IMG/VR virus record: IMGVR_UViG_3300023109_000011
Coordinates: 1-64,000 of that record
DNA: 64,000 nucleotides
Source: a virus
Direction: 5' to 3' (one strand)
Under the pieces are notes generated by a model, which was given only the letters and a program-made list of their open reading frames with translations, ran no database searches and was not told the origin of the DNA. This document shows positions 17,514 through 27,126 of this stretch, piece by piece. The position numbers were made by a program, and so were the translations under genes. The stretch's first letter is position 1; the number at the start of each line of letters is the position of its first letter.

Positions 17514-18257
17514 TCATCCAATGAAGTTATAGGTTAGAGGCTGGTAAGATCGAATTGCTTCTTCTTCCATTTTCTCGCGCTCAGCTTTTGCCTCTGATAA
17601 TATTTGCTCTCCGTTAAATGATACACCGCCAACTAACTGCATACCACTAAATTTAGTAAGATTTGAACCCCAGTTTTCTTTGATTAGAATAGTGGAATAA
17701 TTTTGCAACCAACGATCACCCCATACATCTGTGTATGTGTCGGCGTCAATAACATCATAAGCTTCAACAATAATGTATTCACCTACGGTAAGAAAGTTTT
17801 TGTCAACGTCAATAAACAGTTTATTAACATGCTTATTGTAACGAATCATTGGCTTACCTACTAGAATCTCTTGAAGAAATTGTAGGTGGCTCATTGCCAT
17901 ATAGTAGTTCTGTACATTGTAGCCAGTAATATCTTCAATGTTATTAAGTACAAATTGGTATTGTACATTAAACATACCAGAACCTGTTGAAAGGTTTGTA
18001 CTAAGAGGAAAGATTCCTGAAATACCAAGGAGTGTTGGTGGCAAATCAATATAACCATTGGCAGCATCAGCTTCTGTGATTTGGTGCTTAAGGTATATTT
18101 GCTGGCTACCGTTGTAGTGGTAATCTCTCCAAAAAGATACAGCTTCTTCTACCCTGTCTTCAACCTGCTCATCAGCTACATTTATCTCAATTACAGGCGC
18201 GCCGAGTTTGCGTAAGCAATAGTCTTTAAACTCTTCTCTTGTCTGTGGTTGCGCCAT
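17514..18257 (-). CDS. gp13: neck protein, gp13-like
   Basis: P.TREEFKDYCLRKLGAPVIEINV..EQVEDR, WL..Y...LIK..WG.NL.KF.GMQL.GGV..NG. Confidence 0.95.
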   Translation of the reverse strand: MAQPQTREEFKDYCLRKLGAPVIEINVADEQVEDRVEEAVSFWRDYHYNGSQQIYLKHQITEADAANGYIDLPPTLLGISGIFPLSTNLSTGSGMFNVQYQFVLNNIEDITGYNVQNYYMAMSHLQFLQEILVGKPMIRYNKHVNKLFIDVDKNFLTVGEYIIVEAYDVIDADTYTDVWGDRWLQNYSTILIKENWGSNLTKFSGMQLVGGVSFNGEQILSEAKAEREKMEEEAIRSYQPLTYNFIG

Positions 18258-18284
18258 GATTTATTCTCGTTGGTTTATATGATC

Positions 18285-18292
18285 TATTTATA
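18285..18292 (-). promoter_or_regulatory. T4-type late promoter TATAAATA upstream of gp13
   Basis: Exact consensus, overlapping the stop codon of the small upstream ORF. Confidence 0.85.
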
Positions 18293-18464
18293 AAGTGATC
18301 GGTTCACACTCAATTTGAATGACTTGATTCGGATAGTCAACTCTAAAAGCTTTAGCTAATTTAGTAAGTGTCCACTTATCTTCTTCATCAATTAAACAAA
18401 GAACTTTAGGGTTTTGATCTTCAGTCCCTTCCATAATACTAATTGTAAAATGATTTGATGCCAT
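18288..18464 (-). CDS. hypothetical protein (58 aa), absent from the supplied ORF track
   Basis: MASNHFTISIMEGTEDQNPKVLCLIDEEDKWTLTKLAKAFRVDYPNQVIQIECEPITL; starts 12 bp after the upstream stop and fills the gap. Confidence 0.7.
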   Translation of the reverse strand: MASNHFTISIMEGTEDQNPKVLCLIDEEDKWTLTKLAKAFRVDYPNQVIQIECEPITL

Positions 18465-18476
18465 TGTTTTATTCCA

Positions 18477-19025
18477 TTACTTGTATGTGAATTGCATTGT
18501 AGCAAGAGTGACGCCGTTGTCAGTAGTATATGGATCTTCTGTAATTACATCGTAAAATCGCGCAGCCCAGGGCTTATTTGAATGATAATTCATAAGCGAA
18601 CCATTATGTACAAAATTAACTCGATATCCTACTACGCTCCATTGCGTAAAACAATCTTTACATGCTTGAATGTAATCCTCATCGAATAGCCAAGCTTTTG
18701 ATCCGTCAGCATCTTCGCCATAGGTTGCATATATCCACGATACATAATCTGAAGTGTTAGTGTTAATTGCACCTACAGTAATATGAATAGGATGACCGTC
18801 TTTACGACCAATAGTACACTTGGAATTTACATTAGTTTGTTCAACTAAATTTTTACACATGGTGCGTAATGCTTCTCTTTTTTCTTCAGGTGTTTCAGGA
18901 GAGCCAGCCATCACCCAGTCAAAAGTACCTCCATCTAAGTAAGGTAAGCTTGAAGAAAATAGAGTATCAAATTCTTCACCATCTAAAATACTTACGTCTG
19001 TAAATTCAGTAACTGTAAAAGCCAT
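18477..19025 (-). CDS. hypothetical protein (182 aa), possibly fibre-associated
   Basis: GAGG RBS; directly follows the 1476-aa repeat protein. Confidence 0.75.
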   Translation of the reverse strand: MAFTVTEFTDVSILDGEEFDTLFSSSLPYLDGGTFDWVMAGSPETPEEKREALRTMCKNLVEQTNVNSKCTIGRKDGHPIHITVGAINTNTSDYVSWIYATYGEDADGSKAWLFDEDYIQACKDCFTQWSVVGYRVNFVHNGSLMNYHSNKPWAARFYDVITEDPYTTDNGVTLATMQFTYK

Positions 19026-19040
19026 TATTTAATTCCTCAC

Positions 19041-22000
19041 CTATGATCTCTTGATTTCGTAGTAAACTGTACTACCATTCTTATCTGTTATACTATCCAT
19101 TGCCTGCTCTGGAGTATATGTGTAGCCGCCTGTTGTATAGCTAGTGCTGTTGCCCATGGTTGTTAAAGTTACGCCGTCCCAAACATACGAGAAACCGCCG
19201 CCCGATGGAGCGACACAATAGAAGTTAGGCTGAATCACCCAGTTGTACATGGTGTCTTTTGCAGTATCTGCAATGGTGCCAGAGTTAGTAGCAACAATTG
19301 TACCGCTCGTGCTTCCTGTTCGTACATTAATAGTATAAGAATCTGTACCTTCAGTGATGAAGTCTCGAGTTGCTCTTACACTAATTATTCCTACGTTACT
19401 ATTGACAGTAAAGCTACCGGATGTAGTATCAAACTCTGCTGTAGGTGTAATGTTCCAGTACAGCGTTGTTCCATTAGGCACGTTCGTAGTTGATACTGTG
19501 ATGTCTTCATCCTGAGCCGTGCCACCTGAACCTTGCTCGTCTAATGCGGGACCTGCTACGGAGTAAGTCGCAGCAGGTGTAGTAGATGTATCATTAATTG
19601 TAAATGTATCAGTAGCAACAATTGAACCAGCTTGGCTGCCTGTTCTTAAATTTACAGTAGCTGTTTCAGATCCTTCGGTCGTAGTGTCAGCGGTAGGCGT
19701 TGCTGTAAAACTTGCTACTCCTTCTCCACTATTTGCATCGATTGAAATAGTAACACTGCCGGTACCAGTAGCAAAATCTGCTGGTGTGTCACCAGTACTA
19801 ACTGACCAATATAATGTCGTTCCACCGGCAACCCCGGCAGTTGTGATGTTAAACGTACCAGCTGAACCTTCGTTAATAGAAGTTGGAGCAGCTATAATGT
19901 AAACCGCAGGAGGTGTAGTAGATGTATCATTAACATTAAATGTATCAGTAGCAACAATTGTACCGCTCGTGCTTCCTGTTCTTATTTCGACTTGTGCGGT
20001 TTCAGTTCCCTCAGTTGTAAGGTCAGCGGTAGGCGTTGCTGTAAACGAACCTGCATTTGAGTTAACAGTAAACGAGCCTGATGGATAAGTGCCACCGAAG
20101 TCAGCCGCTTGTGTTGTTCCGCCTGAAGGTACTCCGTTAAGCGTGTAGTATAGAGTTGTGCCGTTCGAAACATTTTGAGTTGTGACGTTAAACGTACCAG
20201 CTGAGCCTTCGTTAATAGAAGTCGGAGCAGCAACTGTGTATGTTGGTGAAGCTGTTTGCGAAGTATCATTAATTGTAACAGATGCAGAAGTTGCATTCTC
20301 GCCGGCGCCACCCTGTGGAACAGTCCATGTTACTGTTACAGTAAATGTCTCAGCACCTTCGGTTGTGGCATCTGCAACAGGTGTAACAGTAAATGTTCCT
20401 GCATTAGATGATGTATCGAATGCACCGGTTGTCGCGGCGAAATCTGCATTAGATGATGTAACATTATTAATCGTCCATGTTAACGTCTGACCATCAGGTA
20501 TACCTGTTGTTGCTACGGTAAATGTAAGAGCACTTCCTTCATTAATGTTATTAGCAGCAGGTGTTACACTATCAATCGACGCAGTAAGTGATGTATCGAG
20601 AATGTCGAATGTGTCGGTAGCAACAACAGGTCCGCTAGTACTTCCTGTTCGAATAGAAATAGTACCGCCTTCAGTTCCCTCTGTCGTAGCATCTGCGTCA
20701 GCGGTTAGAGTAAATGTTCCTGCGTTTGCACTAATAGTAAATGAACCAGTCTCGTTGGTAAAGTCAGAAGTAGGTGTAGCTGACCAATATAAAGTCGTAC
20801 CATTTGCTACGTTAGTTGTAGTAACATTAAACGCTGCAGATTGGGTTCCTTCACTAATGTTAGCCGGTGCGACAACTGCATAAGACGGTCCAGGTGTTTG
20901 CGAAGTATCTTTAACAACAAACGTATCAGTTGCTACAGTTGTACCTGATGTACTTGTTATTTTAATATTGATTGTAGAAGTCTCGTCACCTTCCGTGGTT
21001 TGATCAGCGTTTGGTGTTACAGTAAACGTTGCAGAGTTCGAGTTAACTGTAAAGTTACCAGAGCTCGCTGCAAAGTCGGACGCATTTGGTGTGATCGTCC
21101 AGTAAAGTGTCGTTCCATTAGCAAGGTTAGTTGTAGTTACAGTCATAGTGCCAGCGGAACCTTCATTAATTTCCGTAGGTGCAACAACCGTATAAGTCGG
21201 TGCAACTGACGTGTCATTAATATCGAATGTGTCAGTAGCAACAACTGTACCTGCTGTACTTCCAGTTCTTAGTGATATCGTTCCTGTTTCGGTTCCCTCT
21301 GTCGTATTATCAGCAGTCGGTGTTGCTGTAAACGAACCTGCATTTGAGTTAACAGTAACACTGCCGGATGCTGTTGCAAAATCAGCGGATGGCTCTATTG
21401 TCCAATATAATGTCGTTCCATTGGCAACCCCGCCAGTTGTGATGTTAAACGTACCAGCTGAACCTTCGTCAATATCATTAGGAGCAGTTATAGCGTAAGA
21501 CGCGCCAATAGAGACGTCTCCAATAACAAAGGTATCATTTGCAACCTCAGTACCTACAACCGATCCAGTTCGTATCGAAACAGTTGCAGTTTCAGACCCT
21601 TCCGTAGTTGCGTCGGCGGTTGGTGTAAGAGTAAATGAGCCCGCATTGCTATTGATTGTAAAGCTGCCAGAAGATGAATTAAAGTCACCAGCTGGAATAA
21701 CACTATAATACAAAGTCGTTCCATTAGCAACGTTGGTTGTGGTTACTGTCATAGTACCAGCCGAGCCTTCGTTCACAGTCGTTGGAGCTACAACGCTGTA
21801 AGTGGCAACCGGTGTAGTAGAAGTATCTTTAATTGTAAATGTTGTAGTATCAACAATTGTACCAGCTTGGCTACCAGTTCTTAAAGTTATGGTAGCAGTC
21901 TCATCACCTTCGGTTGTAGCATCTGCCGTGGGTAATACGGAGAATGATCCTGCATTACTGTTAATAGTAATGGTTCCGGAACTAGTAGCAAAATCTGCTG

Positions 22001-23471
22001 GTGTGTCACCAGTACTAACTTGCCAATATAAAGTTGTACCGTTAGCGACATTAGTAGTTGCTACGTTAACTGTGCCGGATGAACCTTCATTAATTTGTGA
22101 TGGAGCAGAAAGAGTATAAGTTGGAGATGTCGAAGTATCATTAATGATAAATGTATCAGTCGCAACAACTGTACCACCGACACTACCAGTCCGTATTTTA
22201 ATCGTTCCAGTTTCTTGACCTTCTGTTAAAGTGTCTGCAGTAGGTGTTACTGTAAATGATGCAGAGTTACTGTTGATTGTAAAGCTACCAGAGCTTGTTG
22301 CGAAGTCATTTGAATCTGATAAAGTATAATAAAGCGTAGTGCTATTAGCAACATTAGTAGTTGTTACCTGCATGGTTCCAGCAGAACCTTCGTCAATATC
22401 AGTAGGTGCGACAACTGCATAAGTAGGTGATGCTGGATCTACAACTTCTAATTGAGCAGAAGTCCTAGTTACGGCGGTACCACTTACTGTACCAGATACC
22501 GTGATCGCGAAAAATTCTGATCCTTCAACAACACCGTCTGAAGTAGGATCAACAATAAATGTTCCTGCATTACTGTTAATAGTAACTGTTCCAGTGGTAT
22601 TATTAAAGTCAGCAGCGGAGGTTGTATTATCAACAATTGCCCAGTTCAATACAGTACCATTAGGAATATTTGATGTTGATACATTAATTGTTCGCGATGC
22701 ACCTTCTACGAGTTGAGCAGGTGTCCCACTTAAAGAAACAGCATCAACAGTCGGTATAACATTCGAAGTATCATTAATTCTTACATACCCAGAGGTAGCA
22801 CTGCTACTGTTTGGAGCATAATTGGCTAAAGCTCTAAAATCTTCAGGTCCTTCAGTTGCACTATCGGCTAAAACTGGAACAGAAAAAGTTCCTGCATTAT
22901 TATTAATTGTAAACACGCCAGAAGTACTAGTAAAGTCAGCAGCGGCAGCAGCCGGATTTGCATTCCCTCCAATCACCACAGCCCACCCTAATGAAGTACC
23001 ATTAGGTATGTTAGTAGTTGCAACAGTAAAAGTAGCAGAATTGCCTTCATCCACATCAGTAGGACCGGTGACACTATCAACGGTCCCAGTTATTAAATCT
23101 TGGAAAGTAACTGTTGAAGAAGTCTTTGATATGAAAACTGAGTTAACGACTCCTGATACTGTTACTTGCTTAGTTTCATCTCCTTCAACAACACCGTCTG
23201 CAACTGCAGTATATGTAAATGTTCCTGTGTTACTGTTAATAGTAACTGTTCCAGAATCAGGGGTAGTATCAGGATCATTTGAAACGGTGGTTGACCAATT
23301 TAAAGATGTACCATTAGGAATGTTTGTAGTAGATACAGTCCAAGTAATTACATTTCCTTCTTGAACAGGATTAGGACTGGCCGTAACCGTGTTTATCGAC
23401 GCAGCCGGAATCGTCCCAATTGAATGAGAACCATTGAAACCTAAAAGTGATTTTAACGAAGGAGTCGCCAT
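19041..23471 (-). CDS. large virion structural protein with ~13 tandem Ig/Calx-beta-like repeats
   Basis: ~100-aa repeats with I(N/D)EGS.GT..VTT.NV.NGTTLY(W/Y)...DF...SGSFT(I/V)NSNAG.F...PTAD..TEG.ET....RTGS..GT.VATDTF.I.DTS; distinct ~70-aa C-terminal domain. Confidence 0.8.
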   Translation of the reverse strand: MATPSLKSLLGFNGSHSIGTIPAASINTVTASPNPVQEGNVITWTVSTTNIPNGTSLNWSTTVSNDPDTTPDSGTVTINSNTGTFTYTAVADGVVEGDETKQVTVSGVVNSVFISKTSSTVTFQDLITGTVDSVTGPTDVDEGNSATFTVATTNIPNGTSLGWAVVIGGNANPAAAAADFTSTSGVFTINNNAGTFSVPVLADSATEGPEDFRALANYAPNSSSATSGYVRINDTSNVIPTVDAVSLSGTPAQLVEGASRTINVSTSNIPNGTVLNWAIVDNTTSAADFNNTTGTVTINSNAGTFIVDPTSDGVVEGSEFFAITVSGTVSGTAVTRTSAQLEVVDPASPTYAVVAPTDIDEGSAGTMQVTTTNVANSTTLYYTLSDSNDFATSSGSFTINSNSASFTVTPTADTLTEGQETGTIKIRTGSVGGTVVATDTFIINDTSTSPTYTLSAPSQINEGSSGTVNVATTNVANGTTLYWQVSTGDTPADFATSSGTITINSNAGSFSVLPTADATTEGDETATITLRTGSQAGTIVDTTTFTIKDTSTTPVATYSVVAPTTVNEGSAGTMTVTTTNVANGTTLYYSVIPAGDFNSSSGSFTINSNAGSFTLTPTADATTEGSETATVSIRTGSVVGTEVANDTFVIGDVSIGASYAITAPNDIDEGSAGTFNITTGGVANGTTLYWTIEPSADFATASGSVTVNSNAGSFTATPTADNTTEGTETGTISLRTGSTAGTVVATDTFDINDTSVAPTYTVVAPTEINEGSAGTMTVTTTNLANGTTLYWTITPNASDFAASSGNFTVNSNSATFTVTPNADQTTEGDETSTINIKITSTSGTTVATDTFVVKDTSQTPGPSYAVVAPANISEGTQSAAFNVTTTNVANGTTLYWSATPTSDFTNETGSFTISANAGTFTLTADADATTEGTEGGTISIRTGSTSGPVVATDTFDILDTSLTASIDSVTPAANNINEGSALTFTVATTGIPDGQTLTWTINNVTSSNADFAATTGAFDTSSNAGTFTVTPVADATTEGAETFTVTVTWTVPQGGAGENATSASVTINDTSQTASPTYTVAAPTSINEGSAGTFNVTTQNVSNGTTLYYTLNGVPSGGTTQAADFGGTYPSGSFTVNSNAGSFTATPTADLTTEGTETAQVEIRTGSTSGTIVATDTFNVNDTSTTPPAVYIIAAPTSINEGSAGTFNITTAGVAGGTTLYWSVSTGDTPADFATGTGSVTISIDANSGEGVASFTATPTADTTTEGSETATVNLRTGSQAGSIVATDTFTINDTSTTPAATYSVAGPALDEQGSGGTAQDEDITVSTTNVPNGTTLYWNITPTAEFDTTSGSFTVNSNVGIISVRATRDFITEGTDSYTINVRTGSTSGTIVATNSGTIADTAKDTMYNWVIQPNFYCVAPSGGGFSYVWDGVTLTTMGNSTSYTTGGYTYTPEQAMDSITDKNGSTVYYEIKRS

Positions 23472-23482
23472 TTATTATCTCT

Positions 23483-24958
23483 TTACTTGTTGTGTACTAC
23501 ATAACCATTTACTATATATGTATCGTTCCCTTGATCACTTTCAGAATCAGGGCCTTCAACGTCTACAGAGTAAATGTTACATTGGCTATACGTTTCATTT
23601 ATCGAAGTTATTGCTTCTTCGTAATAAGAATTCGTAATGAAATTATATTTGATTAGTCTATCGCCTATTTCAATTTTTGTTATATTTAACTCGGGCTGTT
23701 GACCTTGACCTGCTTCAGCATTAATACATTTCCATCCGTCGGTTGTTAAGAAAGGATGCGAGTCAGTAACAAAAGGTGTTTCAGCGTTAAAACCGTAGAG
23801 ATTATATCTACCTGTGCGCCTTCTAAAATCTAAAATCTTATTTTCTACATCATCATTTCCAATTGCTATTTCATCGGATTGAACATCAGATATTTCGTTA
23901 GTGATTTGCTGTGCTTTCCATCCGTGATAAGCTTCTTCCATAGCTACTAACTTAACATTATCTCCGTTTTTAAGAGCAATTTTAGACTCACCAGTAAAAC
24001 ACGACCCAGTTGATGTAGCAGTGGCCTGAGCCGTTATTCTAAACGTAGCTAGTGCTGTGTCGTCATATCCAGTAGCACGACCCCAAAGCGTAAACGAGTG
24101 ACCAACATTTGTCGTGGATTGATTACCACCACCGCCGGTAGCGGTAGCGATTCCACTACTTCCATAAACTGTCCAGCCAGTATGAGCGTTGCTTCCAGTT
24201 TTCCAGCCTGTGTCATTTAATGTAGGATTAGAAAGTGGACCATAAACAATCCTAACACCGGTTAGTGCTCCTGCGCTTACGAAACCTGCATAATCACCAG
24301 TAAATGCAATATAGGTGCCGCTACTAAGATAGTGAGTCGTATCACCGGTACCGCCGTAAAAATCGCCAGTGCCTATATCGGTGAGAGCGTCCGTATCCCA
24401 GCGAAGATATATTCTAGCTTCAGAGTTTGCTGCGCCGAAAGCGTCAAAGTTAACGGAGTCACTGTCTACCGCGACAAAGCCAATGGCAGGAGTATCATCC
24501 GCATTAAATGTTCCTGCAGGTATAGGGTTACCTGATGCTACAGGATCATCATATCCGAAATAAGAAGCTCGCAAATCAACACCTGACGTAGGAACACGAG
24601 CAGTACCTACTACCGTGATAAGCCAATATCTATGACTATTCCAAGTTGGCTCACCTGCAATAGGCCAGTATAAAGGACCTGTTTCCCTTTCATCAAATGC
24701 AGGATCATAAGCGTTCGAAGTTGTATCAAGTATGATATTAGTAATAGTACCGACACCATAGTTTGTAAACGTGTATGGATAGTTATTAGAACCCATAGTA
24801 ATTTTAACGAAAGAATGATCACAGTCAATACTGCCTTGGCCTGCACCTAGAGTTTGAATGTTAGCTTCGAGATCGAAGTGACGACCTTCCATATCGGCGA
24901 AGTTGATCAGATCACCGTTGTTTGCTATTAACTCTTGACCACCTACTTTAATTGCCAT
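23483..24958 (-). CDS. fibre-adaptor-domain protein with C-terminal Hint (intein-like) domain
   Basis: N-terminal MAIKVGG..LI peptide and WP...EPTW...RYW domain; Hint blocks CFTGES (Cys320), T.SHPF, YSVDV, VVHN-K-stop. Confidence 0.8.
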   Translation of the reverse strand: MAIKVGGQELIANNGDLINFADMEGRHFDLEANIQTLGAGQGSIDCDHSFVKITMGSNNYPYTFTNYGVGTITNIILDTTSNAYDPAFDERETGPLYWPIAGEPTWNSHRYWLITVVGTARVPTSGVDLRASYFGYDDPVASGNPIPAGTFNADDTPAIGFVAVDSDSVNFDAFGAANSEARIYLRWDTDALTDIGTGDFYGGTGDTTHYLSSGTYIAFTGDYAGFVSAGALTGVRIVYGPLSNPTLNDTGWKTGSNAHTGWTVYGSSGIATATGGGGNQSTTNVGHSFTLWGRATGYDDTALATFRITAQATATSTGSCFTGESKIALKNGDNVKLVAMEEAYHGWKAQQITNEISDVQSDEIAIGNDDVENKILDFRRRTGRYNLYGFNAETPFVTDSHPFLTTDGWKCINAEAGQGQQPELNITKIEIGDRLIKYNFITNSYYEEAITSINETYSQCNIYSVDVEGPDSESDQGNDTYIVNGYVVHNK

Positions 24959-24969
24959 TAGTTTACCCT

Positions 24970-25377
24970 TTAATCTTGATCATCATAAGGAACAGCAGTT
25001 CCTCGTACTACAACTGGAGTTGTTTTATCTGTGTTGTTGAAACAAAGCAACCATATTTTATGGCTTCCCCAATATGGCTCATTAGAATCAGGCCATTGAA
25101 CATTACTAAACGACGGAGTAAATGCACTAGTGTTAGTATAGATCATTACATGAATTACTGCACCTTTAGTACTACTTAAATTTCCAAAACTAAAAGCGGT
25201 ATTACCAGTTAAAGTATACATGTGCATTGGAGTTGTGCAATCAATCGTTTTAGTTCCAGTGACTGCGGTGTCAGTACTATAATTAGCTCGTAACTTTGTA
25301 TACGTACCAGCGACGTAATCTACATCGATATCTCGAGTATCGCTTACTACTTCAGTTCCATTTATACTCAAAGCCAT
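24970..25377 (-). CDS. small fibre-adaptor paralogue (135 aa)
   Basis: MALSINGTEVV; F.NVQWP...EPYW...KIW motif shared with neighbours. Confidence 0.75.
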   Translation of the reverse strand: MALSINGTEVVSDTRDIDVDYVAGTYTKLRANYSTDTAVTGTKTIDCTTPMHMYTLTGNTAFSFGNLSSTKGAVIHVMIYTNTSAFTPSFSNVQWPDSNEPYWGSHKIWLLCFNNTDKTTPVVVRGTAVPYDDQD

Positions 25378-25382
25378 TTTGT

Positions 25383-25787
25383 TTATCCTGTCGTAGTAGG
25401 TTGAGCAGATGCTATTACTAAAGCACCATCAATACACTGCATACCAATTTCCCAAAAACTTGAGCTGCTCCAATTTGGCTCAGAACCATTTGCCCATAAA
25501 ATGTTACTTGAGAATGTCGGTGTATACGTGTTTGTTCGTAGTCCAAATATTGTAGCCCGACCTGCATTTTTATTACTTTCGTTAAACGTTAAATTTTGCG
25601 ACATTGAAATACTTTGCCAAGGATTGTAAAAATTAAGAGTAGCGGTCGCTCCACTTAAAGACATTGTGGAAACGTCGTTTGGACACAAATCACTATAGTT
25701 TCCAAAGCCATCGGTCATATTTACAAGTGAACCGTTCGGCGAAGAACTATCGTATATTTTAGATACTCCTGCTTGTTTGTATGCCAT
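25383..25787 (-). CDS. small fibre-adaptor paralogue (134 aa)
   Basis: PTFSSNILWANGSEPNWS...FW motif shared with neighbours. Confidence 0.75.
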   Translation of the reverse strand: MAYKQAGVSKIYDSSSPNGSLVNMTDGFGNYSDLCPNDVSTMSLSGATATLNFYNPWQSISMSQNLTFNESNKNAGRATIFGLRTNTYTPTFSSNILWANGSEPNWSSSSFWEIGMQCIDGALVIASAQPTTTG

Positions 25788-25827
25788 TTAATCTAATCCT
25801 CTTAGTATTTATTATAGCAGCTTATCT

Positions 25828-27126
25828 TCACAAAACGCTTCTCTGACCAGCAGCATAAGCTTCACATGTTATAATAAATGTCACTACTCTTGTTGGCGCA
25901 TATAAGCCTTCTTCTTTCGCCCAACATTCTACTACATATTTACCACTATCAAATTCATCTGCCGCAACATCTGCTTCTGCTTGTCCAACTAATGTCACTT
26001 GAATGCCATCTTCAGCGTTTGGTGTTGCAACCCATCCGGTATCAGTCCTGGCTGTGTTACCATACCTTCCGTATATTAGTTTGACGTGAGATGGTTCAGA
26101 AGAACTAATGTTACCGTATAATACTTGATCCCCGCTATCACCTGCGGATACTGATAAAGGTTGTGGAATGTTTTGTGAATTATTATACCAAAATGCTGTT
26201 GTGTCTGCTCGAACCGCGTTACCAAAAACCTGCAATTGTTTTCTAGCTTCGCCTCCCTCGCCTGGCGCAGGATTGTAAAATACAGCTTTAATTTTTATTC
26301 TACACTCTGCTCGAGCTATAACAGTTTCGCCTGCTGTAGATTCAGCATCGCTTCGAAGCTTTATCGCGATGTCGGAAGCAGTACGATCGGTCTGGCCTGG
26401 AAATTGAAACCACCTAGCAATTGCAATTCCATTACGAAAATCTTGTAATCCTGAAGGATCACTGACTGTAATAGGTGAGCTTGACTGTGTTACACTTGTG
26501 CTGTCTACTGTTGCAGAACAACGTATTGTAAATTCCTCATCCCCTTCTGTAACTGAGTCATTATTTGATTGAATAATAAATGATGCTGTGCCATTACCAC
26601 CTGCTTGTACGAATTCTCTAACAGTGTACAAATCGTTTCCGTCAGAATCGGTAGAGCCGGTAGCGGTCCCTAAATAATAGTTAGTTAGTCCTAGTTTATA
26701 GTTTGTTATCGGTGGATAATTTGGTGAATAACCTAGTCCTTCTGTGCCCTCGGCACCGGCTAAAGTTCCAAAGAATTGAAATGTATAAAGATTGTATATT
26801 GGATCGCTCTCAAAAATAGATACTGTTGCCCCATCAATGTCTTGATAACTTGATGAAATTGCACCTGCATTAATATCAACAGTACCTGAAGCTACTGACC
26901 AATCAGCAGAAGCAACTTGATTTGAAGAATTTCTTACTTCCCAACTAAGCTCAGTAGTGCCGTCTGGAAAGCCTGAAGTGGTAACACTAACTACCGTTTG
27001 ATTACCTTCTGTTAATGTAAAGTCATCAGGAACAACGGACACGATTTGAGCACCGCCACCGCCGCCACCGCCACCCATAGAATTCATTATGGCGCCAATT
27101 GCTGAGTATGTATGTGGAACACTCAT
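25828..27126 (-). CDS. virion structural protein with poly-Gly linker and one Ig/Calx-like repeat
   Basis: TAATG overlap supports start 27126 (MSVPH); G8 linker; TEG.....VTT, ADW...SGTV, TEGDEEFTI match the 1476-aa repeat. Confidence 0.75.
   Translation of the reverse strand: MSVPHTYSAIGAIMNSMGGGGGGGGAQIVSVVPDDFTLTEGNQTVVSVTTSGFPDGTTELSWEVRNSSNQVASADWSVASGTVDINAGAISSSYQDIDGATVSIFESDPIYNLYTFQFFGTLAGAEGTEGLGYSPNYPPITNYKLGLTNYYLGTATGSTDSDGNDLYTVREFVQAGGNGTASFIIQSNNDSVTEGDEEFTIRCSATVDSTSVTQSSSPITVSDPSGLQDFRNGIAIARWFQFPGQTDRTASDIAIKLRSDAESTAGETVIARAECRIKIKAVFYNPAPGEGGEARKQLQVFGNAVRADTTAFWYNNSQNIPQPLSVSAGDSGDQVLYGNISSSEPSHVKLIYGRYGNTARTDTGWVATPNAEDGIQVTLVGQAEADVAADEFDSGKYVVECWAKEEGLYAPTRVVTFIITCEAYAAGQRSVL

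Noticed and set aside
19680-23660. Long plus-strand ORFs opposite the 1476-aa gene (likewise 52220-56313)
   Set aside because: Antisense shadows of biased Thr/Gly/Ala/Val codon usage, with no independent starts or promoters
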